The notes beneath the pieces are model-generated. The model was not told the DNA's origin, did no database searches, and saw nothing but the letters and a program-made list of their open reading frames with translations. This document shows, one piece after another, positions 7,345 to 15,865 of a stretch of DNA of 32,000 nucleotides; position 1 is the first letter of the stretch, and every line of letters begins with the position of its first letter. The translations under genes were made by a program, and so were the position numbers. Source of the stretch: Psychrobacter cryohalolentis K5 (lineage in GTDB: Bacteria > Pseudomonadota > Gammaproteobacteria > Pseudomonadales > Moraxellaceae); contig NC_007969.1 of the NCBI RefSeq assembly GCF_000013905.1, positions 1,680,001-1,712,000 on the forward strand, written 5' to 3'.

Positions 7345-9003
7345 TTACGAGTTGTTACCACGGTTGCCGCCAGTTGGACGACCTTGACCACGGCTGTCTG
7401 AACGACCAGCTGGGCGACCTTGGCTGCCACTTGGACGACCACGACCCGTTGCAGCACGCTCGCCACGTGGAACGCCAGTGCTATCGCCACGACTAGGAGC
7501 ACCAGTACGCTTGCCTTGATACGGCTTGCCACCTGAACGCTCATTTGGTTTGCCAGATGCGTCACGTGGCTTACCTTGATAACCGCTGTCATTGCTTGCG
7601 CGTTGACCGGTTGGAGCGCTGTCACTTGAGCGACCACGAGCATTAGCAGGGTTACCTTGATAGCCACCACCCGCGCGACCACGACCTTGACCATTACCGC
7701 CGCCGTTTGAACGACCACGGCCGCGACCACGACCATTACCTTTGTTTTCGCTAGGTACATAAGTCTTCTTAGGCTCCATGCCTTCGATGATACATACTTC
7801 CATTTTGCGATCTAAATAACGATTGATAGCGTTTAGCTGTGGACGGTCATCCATGCTACATAAGCTGATAGCGATACCAGTACGACCAGCACGACCACAA
7901 CGACCGATACGATGGACGTAATCTTCAGTTTGACGTGGAAGATCATAGTTGATTACGTGCGAAATTGCTGGGATGTCTAGACCACGAGCGGCAACGTCAG
8001 TCGCTACTAGGATTTTAACTTTACCATTACGCAAGTCTTGAACGATACGGTTACGCTTGCTTTGTGGCAAATCACCATGTAGGAAGCTGGCTTTATGACC
8101 CGCTTCTTGTAGCTGTTTGGCCAGTTTTTCAGTGCTACGTTTGGTAGCAGCAAAGATAATGATCTGTTCCATATCTTGCTGGCAAACGATTTTATCAAGC
8201 AAACGGTTTTTATGATCAAAATCATCACAGTAGTACACTTTTTCTTCGATGTGTGCAGATTCTACTTTGATTGAGACACGCTCAGGGTTCTTAGTGAAGC
8301 TGGCAGCAATTTTACCTACTGGGCCATCCCAAGTTGCAGAACACATGATAGTTTGACGATCAGTAGGAGCAGCACGCAAGATGTCACTGATGTCATCAGC
8401 AAAACCCATGTCTAGCATACGGTCAGCTTCATCAAGTACCAAGATTTCTAGGCTTGATAAGTCAACGCGACCAGCATTTATATGGTCAAGTAAACGACCT
8501 GGGGTCGCAACGATAACTTGAACGCCTTTTTTCAAAGCAGTGATCTGACCGTTGTATGGTGCGCCGCCAACTAATGGTACACAGAACAGGCCGCGCATAT
8601 CTTTAGAATAAGTGCGTACGCTGTCATGTACTTGCTGAGCAAGTTCACGCGTTGGCGTTAGAATAAGTGCTTTGGTTAGTTTGTCAAAGCTAGTAGCGCG
8701 GCTCAAACGATCAAGTACTGGGATAACGAATGCTGCAGTTTTACCACTACCTGTTTGCGCTGACAATAATAAGTCACGACCTGCTAGAGCAAAAGGAATC
8801 GCTTGTGCTTGGATAGGCGTTGGGTTGGTATAACCACTGCGATCAAGTGCAGTTAGAATAGGCTTAGCGATGCCAAGATCAGTAAAAGTAACTTGATTTT
8901 CGTCAGAAGCGTCAGTAGAAGCTGCTTCATTAGTAGTTGTATTTTGAGTGGTGTCTTCGATAATGCCGTTTTCAGCAGCGATTGCAGATAAGATGTCAGT
9001 CAT
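7345..9003 (-). CDS. rhlE: DEAD-box ATP-dependent RNA helicase, RhlE-like, with long Gly/Arg-rich C-terminal tail
   Basis: 552 aa with Q-motif TPIQAQAIP, Walker A AQTGSGKTAAF, DEAD, SAT and HRIGRCGRAGRTG. The tail runs from about residue 415 (GRGRGRGRSNGGGNGQGRGRAGGG...). AAGGA lies upstream of the ATG. Confidence 0.85.
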   Translation of the reverse strand: MTDILSAIAAENGIIEDTTQNTTTNEAASTDASDENQVTFTDLGIAKPILTALDRSGYTNPTPIQAQAIPFALAGRDLLLSAQTGSGKTAAFVIPVLDRLSRATSFDKLTKALILTPTRELAQQVHDSVRTYSKDMRGLFCVPLVGGAPYNGQITALKKGVQVIVATPGRLLDHINAGRVDLSSLEILVLDEADRMLDMGFADDISDILRAAPTDRQTIMCSATWDGPVGKIAASFTKNPERVSIKVESAHIEEKVYYCDDFDHKNRLLDKIVCQQDMEQIIIFAATKRSTEKLAKQLQEAGHKASFLHGDLPQSKRNRIVQDLRNGKVKILVATDVAARGLDIPAISHVINYDLPRQTEDYVHRIGRCGRAGRTGIAISLCSMDDRPQLNAINRYLDRKMEVCIIEGMEPKKTYVPSENKGNGRGRGRGRSNGGGNGQGRGRAGGGYQGNPANARGRSSDSAPTGQRASNDSGYQGKPRDASGKPNERSGGKPYQGKRTGAPSRGDSTGVPRGERAATGRGRPSGSQGRPAGRSDSRGQGRPTGGNRGNNS

Positions 9004-9111
9004 GAGTATCCTTGGTAAGTATAAGCTGCTGTAAATTCAGCAAACTTGATGCATACCACTGATAACCGTTCACCACGCTACCCATATAATCTGATTATCA
9101 AAATAATGATA

Positions 9112-9141
9112 ATTACATGCCAAACCCATAAGGCTTGTCAA
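9112..9141 (-). promoter_or_regulatory. Candidate sigma70 promoter for the helicase gene
   Basis: The minus strand reads TTGACA (9141-9136), an 18-nt spacer, then TGTAAT (9117-9112). This would give a leader of roughly 100 nt. Sequence match only. Confidence 0.3.
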
Positions 9142-9448
9142 AATTATATAAAGGCGTTCGTGCTGTCTGACGTATTTTGGTGGTAGTGCCGAGTGTCTCA
9201 TCTTTGTCTGCTAAAAACTCGATATCAATGCTTATTCCAAAGCAGATAAAGGTAAATAACAACCAATCTAGCCCCTACAAGGGTCCGTAGATAAGATATG
9301 AGTCAAAAATAATAGGATTATTTAAGTACACAAAATCATCGGCAACAATTACTTTCGGTCATCCTAGACCCAAAATCGCAGGCGATGTTATCAATCTCAT
9401 AATTCACATTAGACTATGCTAACGTGGCGACGCAGTATAACACAACAA

Positions 9449-9494
9449 AATCGTAATCAGTAGCTGTTTTTACGATTATTGTAGAAAACAGCTA
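9449..9494 (-). terminator. Two overlapping, mutually exclusive hairpins downstream of the DUF1176-like gene (weak terminator candidate)
   Basis: AATCGTAA (9449-9456) pairs with TTACGATT (9470-9477). TAGCTGTTTT (9461-9470) pairs with AAAACAGCTA (9485-9494). On the minus strand the first hairpin is followed by TTGTTGTGTT. Confidence 0.3.
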
Positions 9495-9653
9495 TAACAC
9501 AAGAGTTGATGAGCTATACATGACTAATAATATAGGTATTTTTGCATTAAATATTTTTATCGTGTGCGCCGCATTTACGCTAAAGAATATCGAATAAATG
9601 ATCATTACCGCTTTAAAAGAAAAGCAAGCAATGAGGCATTGTAGACATTGATA

Positions 9654-10868
9654 TTAACGGGATAGTTTCACATCAGTGACGTATAGGGGCATCTGCCAAG
9701 CACCGCCCGCTCCAATCATACGGCACAGACCAGTGCTACTCTCATGACTTTTCTCAAAATCCTTACCCGTCCATAACCATTCGGTTTTAGAGATACAGTC
9801 GCCAAGACCCCGACCTTTTTGTACAGAAGTGATCTGACCCTTGTCGTAATCGGTAGCGTTGTTTGTGATCAGCTTTGGCTCATATGGTTTGGTATCATTG
9901 ATTACCCAGACACCCTTACCTGCATTATAAGCACCTGTCCAGCAATTATGCTGTACCAACAGCTGCTTGCTGTTTAGGCGATTGACGTTCCATGACGATT
10001 TGTCATATAGGCTTGGGCAGTCGCTACTGATATCTTTTATGGTGCCTTTCATCAGATCTGATAACTGAGATGAGCGCATGACGAATTTTTTCTTATTACC
10101 AGAGGTGGCTTTTGGATTGGGCATCACCATCCGTATCTCTGGTATTGACGTAGGCGATAAAACACTACTGTTAGATTTGCTGGCACCCTCTGTACGAACA
10201 AAAGCACTGGCTGTGCCCACTCGACCTTGTGCTTCATCCGCTTTTAGCATGACCGCACTCGCCCCTTTATCGGACAAGCGCCAACGCGTATTACGGATAA
10301 CCAGCTCGATCTTGCTTGATTTGGTCAGTGCCTCTAACAGCGCTGTGACTTGCAGTGAAGTGAGCTCAGCATAACCAGCAGCACCTGAAAAAGGCTTGGC
10401 TTCGCCATAATCTCTATCATTAATAAATAAAGATATCCGGTGACGGTTACCCAATTGCATCAAGGCTTTGGCAGAATTTTCTCTTGCACCGCCAAGCTTG
10501 ACCCGAGCATCAACCGTGGCATTGGCACCTGCACGGCGTATCAACAATAAAGACACTGGCAATTCGATATCATTGTCTGCTTGATAACCCGCCAGTCTGC
10601 AAGTACGTGTATTGTCACAGACCACTTGCCAATCTTGACTGGTAAAATCTATAGGCGTACCAGCACTAGCTGCGGCGCTGTATAACGCGGTACTGATAGC
10701 AGTAAGGAGGGGTAATAAAATTCTTTTTGACATGGTTTTTTTTATCTTTTTTGTTTTTTTAGACGGCGCTTTGATATGAGAGTTGTTTGAGTATTTAGGT
10801 TTGACAACATCACTCTGGCTACTAGGACCATTTGCACTCAATAAGAGGGTTGGTCTATTCCTAAGCAT
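9654..10868 (-). CDS. Secreted six-cysteine protein, DUF1176-like
   Basis: The ORF is open to 10892. The ATG at 10868 has AAGGAG 6 nt upstream. An internal ATG at 10733 begins a textbook Sec signal, MSKRILLPLLTAISTALYSAAASA/G. The mature part starts DFTSQDWQVVCDNTRTCRLAGY and has six Cys in total, as I recall for DUF1176. Confidence 0.55.
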   Translation of the reverse strand: MLRNRPTLLLSANGPSSQSDVVKPKYSNNSHIKAPSKKTKKIKKTMSKRILLPLLTAISTALYSAAASAGTPIDFTSQDWQVVCDNTRTCRLAGYQADNDIELPVSLLLIRRAGANATVDARVKLGGARENSAKALMQLGNRHRISLFINDRDYGEAKPFSGAAGYAELTSLQVTALLEALTKSSKIELVIRNTRWRLSDKGASAVMLKADEAQGRVGTASAFVRTEGASKSNSSVLSPTSIPEIRMVMPNPKATSGNKKKFVMRSSQLSDLMKGTIKDISSDCPSLYDKSSWNVNRLNSKQLLVQHNCWTGAYNAGKGVWVINDTKPYEPKLITNNATDYDKGQITSVQKGRGLGDCISKTEWLWTGKDFEKSHESSTGLCRMIGAGGAWQMPLYVTDVKLSR

Positions 10869-11059
10869 ATCATTCTCCTTCATAATCATCATTCTTCAAT
10901 AGAAGAGGTTTAAGCGCCTACCCTTTTTGGGTGGAGGCTGCTATCTTAACGTATCCATGTTTCTATCTGTTGTACTAATGTACCATTATGTAATTAACAA
11001 AGTATAGCTCAAATGCTTATATCTATATGTATATTTGGAATAATGAATATTTAAAATAG

Positions 11060-11096
11060 AAAAAGGTTAATAAGACAGGTGCTTATTAACCTTTTT
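11060..11096 (-). terminator. Rho-independent terminator of yghU
   Basis: Perfect 14-bp stem AAAAGGTTAATAAG/CTTATTAACCTTTT with a 7-nt loop and U-runs on both strands. Confidence 0.7.
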
Positions 11097-11195
11097 GTTC
11101 GTCAACATACAGAATTATTTTATTTTTTACCTTTTATATCAAACATTTATGGATAAATAAATGAGCCACTTAGATGAATTATCGTGGCAATTGGC

Positions 11196-12038
11196 CTAAG
11201 CAATAGGCTCAAGGACTAAGTCCACCGCGCGTTTAACGGCTGGACGTTCAGCAATTTTTTTCGCCCAGCGCTGTAGATGTTGATACTCATCAACCTGTAA
11301 GAACTCAGCAGCATCGTATAATTTGCCAAGTGCCAATTGACCATACCATGCCCAAATAATCATATCGGCGATATTATAATCAGACTCCTCGTCTCCGCCC
11401 ATATATGTATTGTCTTTTAAGTGGCGGTCAAGAACGTCAAGCTGGCGTTTAACTTCCATAGCATAGCGATTGATAGGATACTCCATTGGCTCTGGGGCAT
11501 AGGCGTAAAAATGCCCAAAACCGCCACCTAAGAAAGGCGCACTGCCCATCTGCCACATTAGCCAAGACAAGCATTCTACCCGTGCCTTACCTTGCTGCAT
11601 CGGAATGAATTTGCCAAATTTCTCCGCTAAGTACATTAATATAGCGCCAGACTCGAAGATAGCTAACGGCTCGCCAGCCTCGCTAGGACTATGGTCGACC
11701 AAAGCCGGTATCTTCGAGTTTGGGTTAATAGCGACGAAGCCCGAGCCAAACTGATCGCCTTTCGAGATATCGATCAGATAAGCATTGTATGCGGCTTCCT
11801 TGATATCAAGCTCAGCAAGCTCTTCTAATAAGATATTTATCTTAACACCATTAGGCGTATTCAATGAATATAGCTGTAATGGCGCATCGCCTACTGGCAG
11901 TGCCTTATCTTGTCGTGCACCAGCGGTTGGACTGTTGATACTTGCAAATTTGCCGCCGTTTTCTTTATCTTGTGTCCAAATTTTGGGCGGTGTATAGCTC
12001 TCTATCTGATCGTTCGTAGAATTGTTATCCTGACTCAT
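11196..12038 (-). CDS. yghU: Nu-class glutathione S-transferase-like protein YghU
   Basis: 280 aa. PPKIWTQDKENGGKFASINSPTAG...LPVGDAPLQLYSLNTPNGVKINILLEEL...GDQFGSGFVAINPNSKIPAL...GGGFGHFYAYAP is collinear with E. coli YghU. Confidence 0.9.
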   Translation of the reverse strand: MSQDNNSTNDQIESYTPPKIWTQDKENGGKFASINSPTAGARQDKALPVGDAPLQLYSLNTPNGVKINILLEELAELDIKEAAYNAYLIDISKGDQFGSGFVAINPNSKIPALVDHSPSEAGEPLAIFESGAILMYLAEKFGKFIPMQQGKARVECLSWLMWQMGSAPFLGGGFGHFYAYAPEPMEYPINRYAMEVKRQLDVLDRHLKDNTYMGGDEESDYNIADMIIWAWYGQLALGKLYDAAEFLQVDEYQHLQRWAKKIAERPAVKRAVDLVLEPIA

Positions 12039-12228
12039 AATGTGACCTATTTTTTGTTGTATTGATTGTCATATTTTAGAAATGGGGGTTTCTACTATAT
12101 ACCTCCCACTATAACGGGGACTGATCCTGCTATTAAAGTCCTGTCTTGTAATTTATATGGTAGAGATGTTTAAGTGAAATAGTATTAAGTATATAAGATG
12201 ATGACAGACATTTTAAAAATTTATTAAG

Positions 12229-12259
12229 CCATTTCTTTTAGCTAAACCATTTCTTTTAG
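12229..12259. repeat. Tandem direct repeat CCATTTCTTTTAG x2, 18-bp period, upstream of the MFS gene
   Basis: Identical 13-mers at 12229-12241 and 12247-12259 in the 385-bp yghU/MFS divergent spacer. Confidence 0.45.
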
Positions 12260-12423
12260 ATAGCAACTATTTAGATCAGTCCTTTTGAATGGTTACTATG
12301 CTGCTCTTTAACTACTCGGCAGTTATTTTTATACTACGCATAATATAATGGCTTTGTTGAAAATTTACTGTCGATTAAGGTAAGTTTCAACGAGCCGCTG
12401 TTCTAAGATATGGTGAAAGCAAA

Positions 12424-13800
12424 ATGGTAGCCCTGACTCCAACGCAAGATAAATACCTACCCTATGTACTGGCGGTAGCGTTATTTATGCAAATTTTAGA
12501 CGCTACTATTTTAAACACGTCCCTACCACAGATGGCACAAGCATTGGGCGAATCGCCACTACAAATGCAATGGGCAGTCATCAGCTACGCGCTTACTCTG
12601 GCGATTTTTATTCCTATTAGCGGATTTTTAGCCGATAAATATGGCACACGCCGCGTGTTCTTGTCCGCCATTATCATATTCTGTATCGGCTCGCTATTAT
12701 GTGCCGCTTCTCCGACACTAGACTTCTTAATAGGCTCACGTATTGTACAAGCTATCGGCGGCGCGATGATGACGCCGGTTGCACGCTTGATTTTGGTCAA
12801 GTCTTATCCGCGCAATAAGCTCTTAACGGTGATGAACTTTGCGGTAATCCCTGCTTTGGTTGCGCCATTGGTCGGACCAGTATTGGGTGGTTATATCGTA
12901 CAGTACACCAGCTGGCACTGGATATTTTTAATCAACATACCCATGGGTGTTTTTGGTTTTATCATGGGCAAAAAACTGGTACCAGCATTGTTTGAGGACA
13001 CCAAGCGTCTAGATTGGACAGGGTTTTTGTTGTTTGCCGCTGCCGCTTGTGGTTTTACCTTGGCGGTAGAATTTGGCGCACAAGTCGGGCGTGGGTTTTA
13101 TGGGCTGATGCTTGGATTGCTGGCAAGTCTGTTGCTTGGTGCTTATATTTGGCACGCAAAACGTCGTACAGCTCCGCTATTTCCATTGAGTTTGTTTGAT
13201 ATCCGTACCTTTCGCATCGGTATCACGGGTAATTTGTTTACCCGATTTGGCATTAGCGCTGTGCCATTTTTGCTGCCGTTGCTTTTGCAGGTGGTGTTCG
13301 AGTACTCTCCCTCGCAAGCTGGCTGGCTACTTGCCCCTATCGCCGTAGGTGCTATCGGCATCAAGCCTTGGGTGAGTAAGATTATCCAGCGTTACAGCTA
13401 TCGCACGGTATTAGTCTATAACACGACTTTTATGGGTATCTTGATTATCATCTTGGCGCAATTTAATGATGCGGCGCAGTGGATGTGGTTTATACCTATT
13501 TTAACTATCATGGGCGCATGTAACTCTATGCAGTTCAGTGCGATGAACACCATTACCATTGGCGACCTGCATGGTACTCAAACCAGTAGCGGCAATAGCC
13601 TGATGGCTGTCAACCAACAACTCGCCATCAGCTTTGGTATTGCCTTTGGCGCTGCGCTGCTCACTCTGCTACGTGAGCGCCTACAAATGGATACATTGAC
13701 CGCCTTTCAAACCACCTATTGGATATTGGGTGTCTTTACCATTCTCTCAGGATTGCATTTTTTACGCTTAAAACCTGAGGATGGTCGTGGTTTATATTAA
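12424..13800 (+). CDS. mdtD: DHA2-type MFS efflux transporter, MdtD(YegB)-like
   Basis: 458 aa. LPQMAQALGESPLQMQWAVISYALTLAIFIPISGFLADKYGTRRVF...QAIGGAMMTPVARL...YTSWHWIFLINIP is collinear with E. coli MdtD. Confidence 0.75.
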   Translation: MVALTPTQDKYLPYVLAVALFMQILDATILNTSLPQMAQALGESPLQMQWAVISYALTLAIFIPISGFLADKYGTRRVFLSAIIIFCIGSLLCAASPTLDFLIGSRIVQAIGGAMMTPVARLILVKSYPRNKLLTVMNFAVIPALVAPLVGPVLGGYIVQYTSWHWIFLINIPMGVFGFIMGKKLVPALFEDTKRLDWTGFLLFAAAACGFTLAVEFGAQVGRGFYGLMLGLLASLLLGAYIWHAKRRTAPLFPLSLFDIRTFRIGITGNLFTRFGISAVPFLLPLLLQVVFEYSPSQAGWLLAPIAVGAIGIKPWVSKIIQRYSYRTVLVYNTTFMGILIIILAQFNDAAQWMWFIPILTIMGACNSMQFSAMNTITIGDLHGTQTSSGNSLMAVNQQLAISFGIAFGAALLTLLRERLQMDTLTAFQTTYWILGVFTILSGLHFLRLKPEDGRGLY

Positions 13801-13861
13801 AAGTGAGTATTGAAAGGCTGTATTTGAAATATAAAAAGTAATATTTGATAAAAAATAGACC

Positions 13862-13913
13862 AAAAAAAGCCAGCCTATGCTTGGGTTATGAGCAAAAAAT
13901 AGGCTGGCTTATT
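13862..13913. terminator. Shared terminator between the convergent MFS and bfr genes
   Basis: 10-bp stem GCCAGCCTAT/ATAGGCTGGC with a 20-nt loop. The A7 run on the left gives a strong U-run for the minus-strand (bfr) transcript. Confidence 0.55.
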
Positions 13914-13938
13914 GTGATTCAACGAGAAATGCTAATAT

Positions 13939-14412
13939 CTAATCATCATTCATCTGCGATTGGATATAGTTTTGAATACCGACATCTTTGATTAAGTCTT
14001 CTTGCGTCTCAAGCCAGTCTTGATACTCTTCATTACCGTCTTTTAGAGTAACCAATAGCTGACGTGATACATAATCTTGCTGCGTTTCACACAAAGTAAT
14101 CGCATCGGTGATGATGCTAAACTTTTGCTTTTCTAAGCGCAAATTACAGTCAATCATTTCAGGCACATCTTCAGCGATAAACATCTTGCCATAATCTTGC
14201 AAATTGGGTAAACCACCTAGCAATAAAATCCGTGCAATCAAATCATCAGACCATTTCATCTCTGCGATAGACTGTTTATAGAAATTTTCGTTTAATGATT
14301 CTAAGCCCCAATGGCGAGCAATACGTGCATGTAAAAAATACTGGTTGATGGCTATCAACGACTGACCCAGCACTTTATTCAGTGCGCGGATAATGTCTTT
14401 ATCCCCATTCAT
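13939..14412 (-). CDS. bfr: Bacterioferritin subunit, haem-ligand type (Met52 present, ferroxidase ligands degenerate)
   Basis: 157 aa, gap-free alignment by eye to E. coli Bfr residues 1-135. M52 is retained, while E18S, H54W, E127N and H130Y are substituted. GGAG lies 7 nt upstream of the ATG. Confidence 0.9.
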   Translation of the reverse strand: MNGDKDIIRALNKVLGQSLIAINQYFLHARIARHWGLESLNENFYKQSIAEMKWSDDLIARILLLGGLPNLQDYGKMFIAEDVPEMIDCNLRLEKQKFSIITDAITLCETQQDYVSRQLLVTLKDGNEEYQDWLETQEDLIKDVGIQNYIQSQMNDD

Positions 14413-14474
14413 ATTCTCTCTCCCTATCTATTGGATATTTGATTTAACTATATAGCGATTATTATCCGTTACTA

Positions 14475-14963
14475 TCAAACAAGATTTGAAGAGACTTCAG
14501 CCATCTGACTTTGCAAATAATTTGGCAGACCAATCATATCAATCAAGCGTAGCTGCTGCTCAAGCCAATGGGCATGATCCTCTTCCGTGTCTTTGAGCTG
14601 CACGACCAACATCTCGCGTGTGACATAGTCATGCGCTTCTTCACACATTGCGATACCGTCTTTAAGATGTTTTTGTACCTGATATTCTAAATTTAAATCA
14701 AGCTGTAGCATCTCAGGTACAGTAGTACCAATATTAATCGCGTCGACGCTCATTTTAGGCGTGCCGCCTAACATCAAAATACGACGAATAATTGCCTGTG
14801 CATGTAAGGTCTCATCTTCCATCTCATGGCTGATACGATCATACAATTTACCGTAATGCCATTCTGCATACATCTCAGAGTGGATGAAATACTGATCACG
14901 AGCTGCAAGCTCGCCACCTAACAAAAAGTTTAAATAATCAATCACTTTAGGGTTGCCAATCAT
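14475..14963 (-). CDS. bfr: Bacterioferritin subunit, ferroxidase type (all six di-iron ligands present, Met52 replaced by Thr)
   Basis: 162 aa from the ATG at 14963 (GGAG 8 nt upstream; the ORF track adds one GTG codon). E18, E51, H54, E93 (equivalent to E94), E127 and H130 are present, and position 52 is Thr. Confidence 0.9.
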   Translation of the reverse strand: MIGNPKVIDYLNFLLGGELAARDQYFIHSEMYAEWHYGKLYDRISHEMEDETLHAQAIIRRILMLGGTPKMSVDAINIGTTVPEMLQLDLNLEYQVQKHLKDGIAMCEEAHDYVTREMLVVQLKDTEEDHAHWLEQQLRLIDMIGLPNYLQSQMAEVSSNLV

Positions 14964-15012
14964 CACTTACACTCCTGTATGTATCATTGTTTGTTATATA
15001 CATTCATAATTT

Positions 15013-15040
15013 TGCATATATATAAAGTGCCATTAGTCAA
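15013..15040 (-). promoter_or_regulatory. Candidate sigma70 promoter for the bfr pair
   Basis: The minus strand reads TTGACT (15040-15035), a 16-nt spacer, then TATGCA (15018-15013), about 45 nt upstream of the ATG. Sequence match only. Confidence 0.3.
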
Positions 15041-15385
15041 CCAATCAGTAAAGATTAAAATCAACGAAGGCCCTTACATATTAAGAAGGATATAGTAGCA
15101 TAGAGAGAGCTTAACGCTTGTAACGATATGAACTGAGAATCATAACCAACCACTATTTGTATTAGCGTATCAGCAACAGGTGCGATAGCAAACTCCCAAT
15201 AGAAGTAGCTAGATTCAGTTTTGATGTGGAGTATCAGTGGAGTTATATGGACGCTTGCAACCTACTCTTTAGGTATAATGCTAAAATAGTAAATGCATAA
15301 TAGTGAATATAATCCTGTTTTATCAAGGCTTATACACGATTAGGATGCACAAGCTCGAGCATAAAGCCTTATAATTATTTAGCGC

Positions 15386-15577
15386 TTAAACAGCATAAGC
15401 CAATACTTCGAGCTTAGCATGATGCTCCTCTAGATAATCATTTACCATAGGCTCACAGCAGCCGCAGCAGGTGGCGACATCTAACGTGTCTTTTAAGCCA
15501 TCTAACGTATCGATACCAGAAGCGATAGCAGCTTTTATTTGCTTTTCTTTGACATCATTACAGATACAGACGTACAT
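15386..15577 (-). CDS. bfd: Bacterioferritin-associated ferredoxin (2Fe-2S)
   Basis: 63 aa starting MYVCICNDVKEKQI (as in E. coli Bfd MYVCLCN), with the second Cys pair in ATCCGCCEP. AGGAA lies upstream of the ATG at 15577. The 21-codon N-terminal extension in the ORF track is unlikely to be real. Confidence 0.85.
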   Translation of the reverse strand: MYVCICNDVKEKQIKAAIASGIDTLDGLKDTLDVATCCGCCEPMVNDYLEEHHAKLEVLAYAV

Positions 15578-15617
15578 AAATGGGTTCCTACTGTGATTGA
15601 CTAACGTGTTATTCGCT

Positions 15618-15646
15618 ATAATAACGATAATTATTAGCATTTACAA
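15618..15646 (-). promoter_or_regulatory. bfd promoter with overlapping Fur box
   Basis: The minus strand reads TTGTAA (15646-15641), a 17-nt spacer, then TATTAT (15623-15618). The plus strand at 15620-15638, AATAACGATAATTATTAGC, matches the 19-bp Fur consensus GATAATGATAATCATTATC at 15 of 19 positions. Confidence 0.55.
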
Positions 15647-15865
15647 TAGTGTTTGGTGACTTTTTCAGTCAGGTTAATGACAGATTTATGGTTATGTTGA
15701 TCCTAATCAATCTCTGTAACTGAATATAGTAATCCATGTAAACCGACGGTATCAAAGGTAGTAAAATGGCGACGAACTGTAAATTTGCTCATTTTTTAAT
15801 CGATTTTAAGGATAACTGCTGTTATATTGTCCTCCTATTAACTAAATATACATTGGAATTGACCC

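Noticed and set aside
7323-7760. 145-aa ORF rich in Val/Ala overlapping the helicase tail in another frame
   Set aside because: It is a by-product of the repetitive GGN/CGN codons of the RG-rich tail. It lies wholly inside a well-supported CDS, has a low-complexity translation, and has no ribosome-binding site.
9168-9174. TGACGTA, resembling the core of the E. coli cold-box element, in the helicase upstream spacer
   Set aside because: It lies on the plus strand while the helicase is on the minus strand. It is only a partial match and a short near-palindrome, so it is not convincing.
15578-15640. N-terminal extensions in the ORF track for bfd. The same issue affects cysA (17028-17090), cysW (18043-18075) and DUF934 (26181-26228)
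   Set aside because: Homologue N-termini ([15 protein letters not shown]) indicate the shorter forms. So do SD positions and stop/start coupling.
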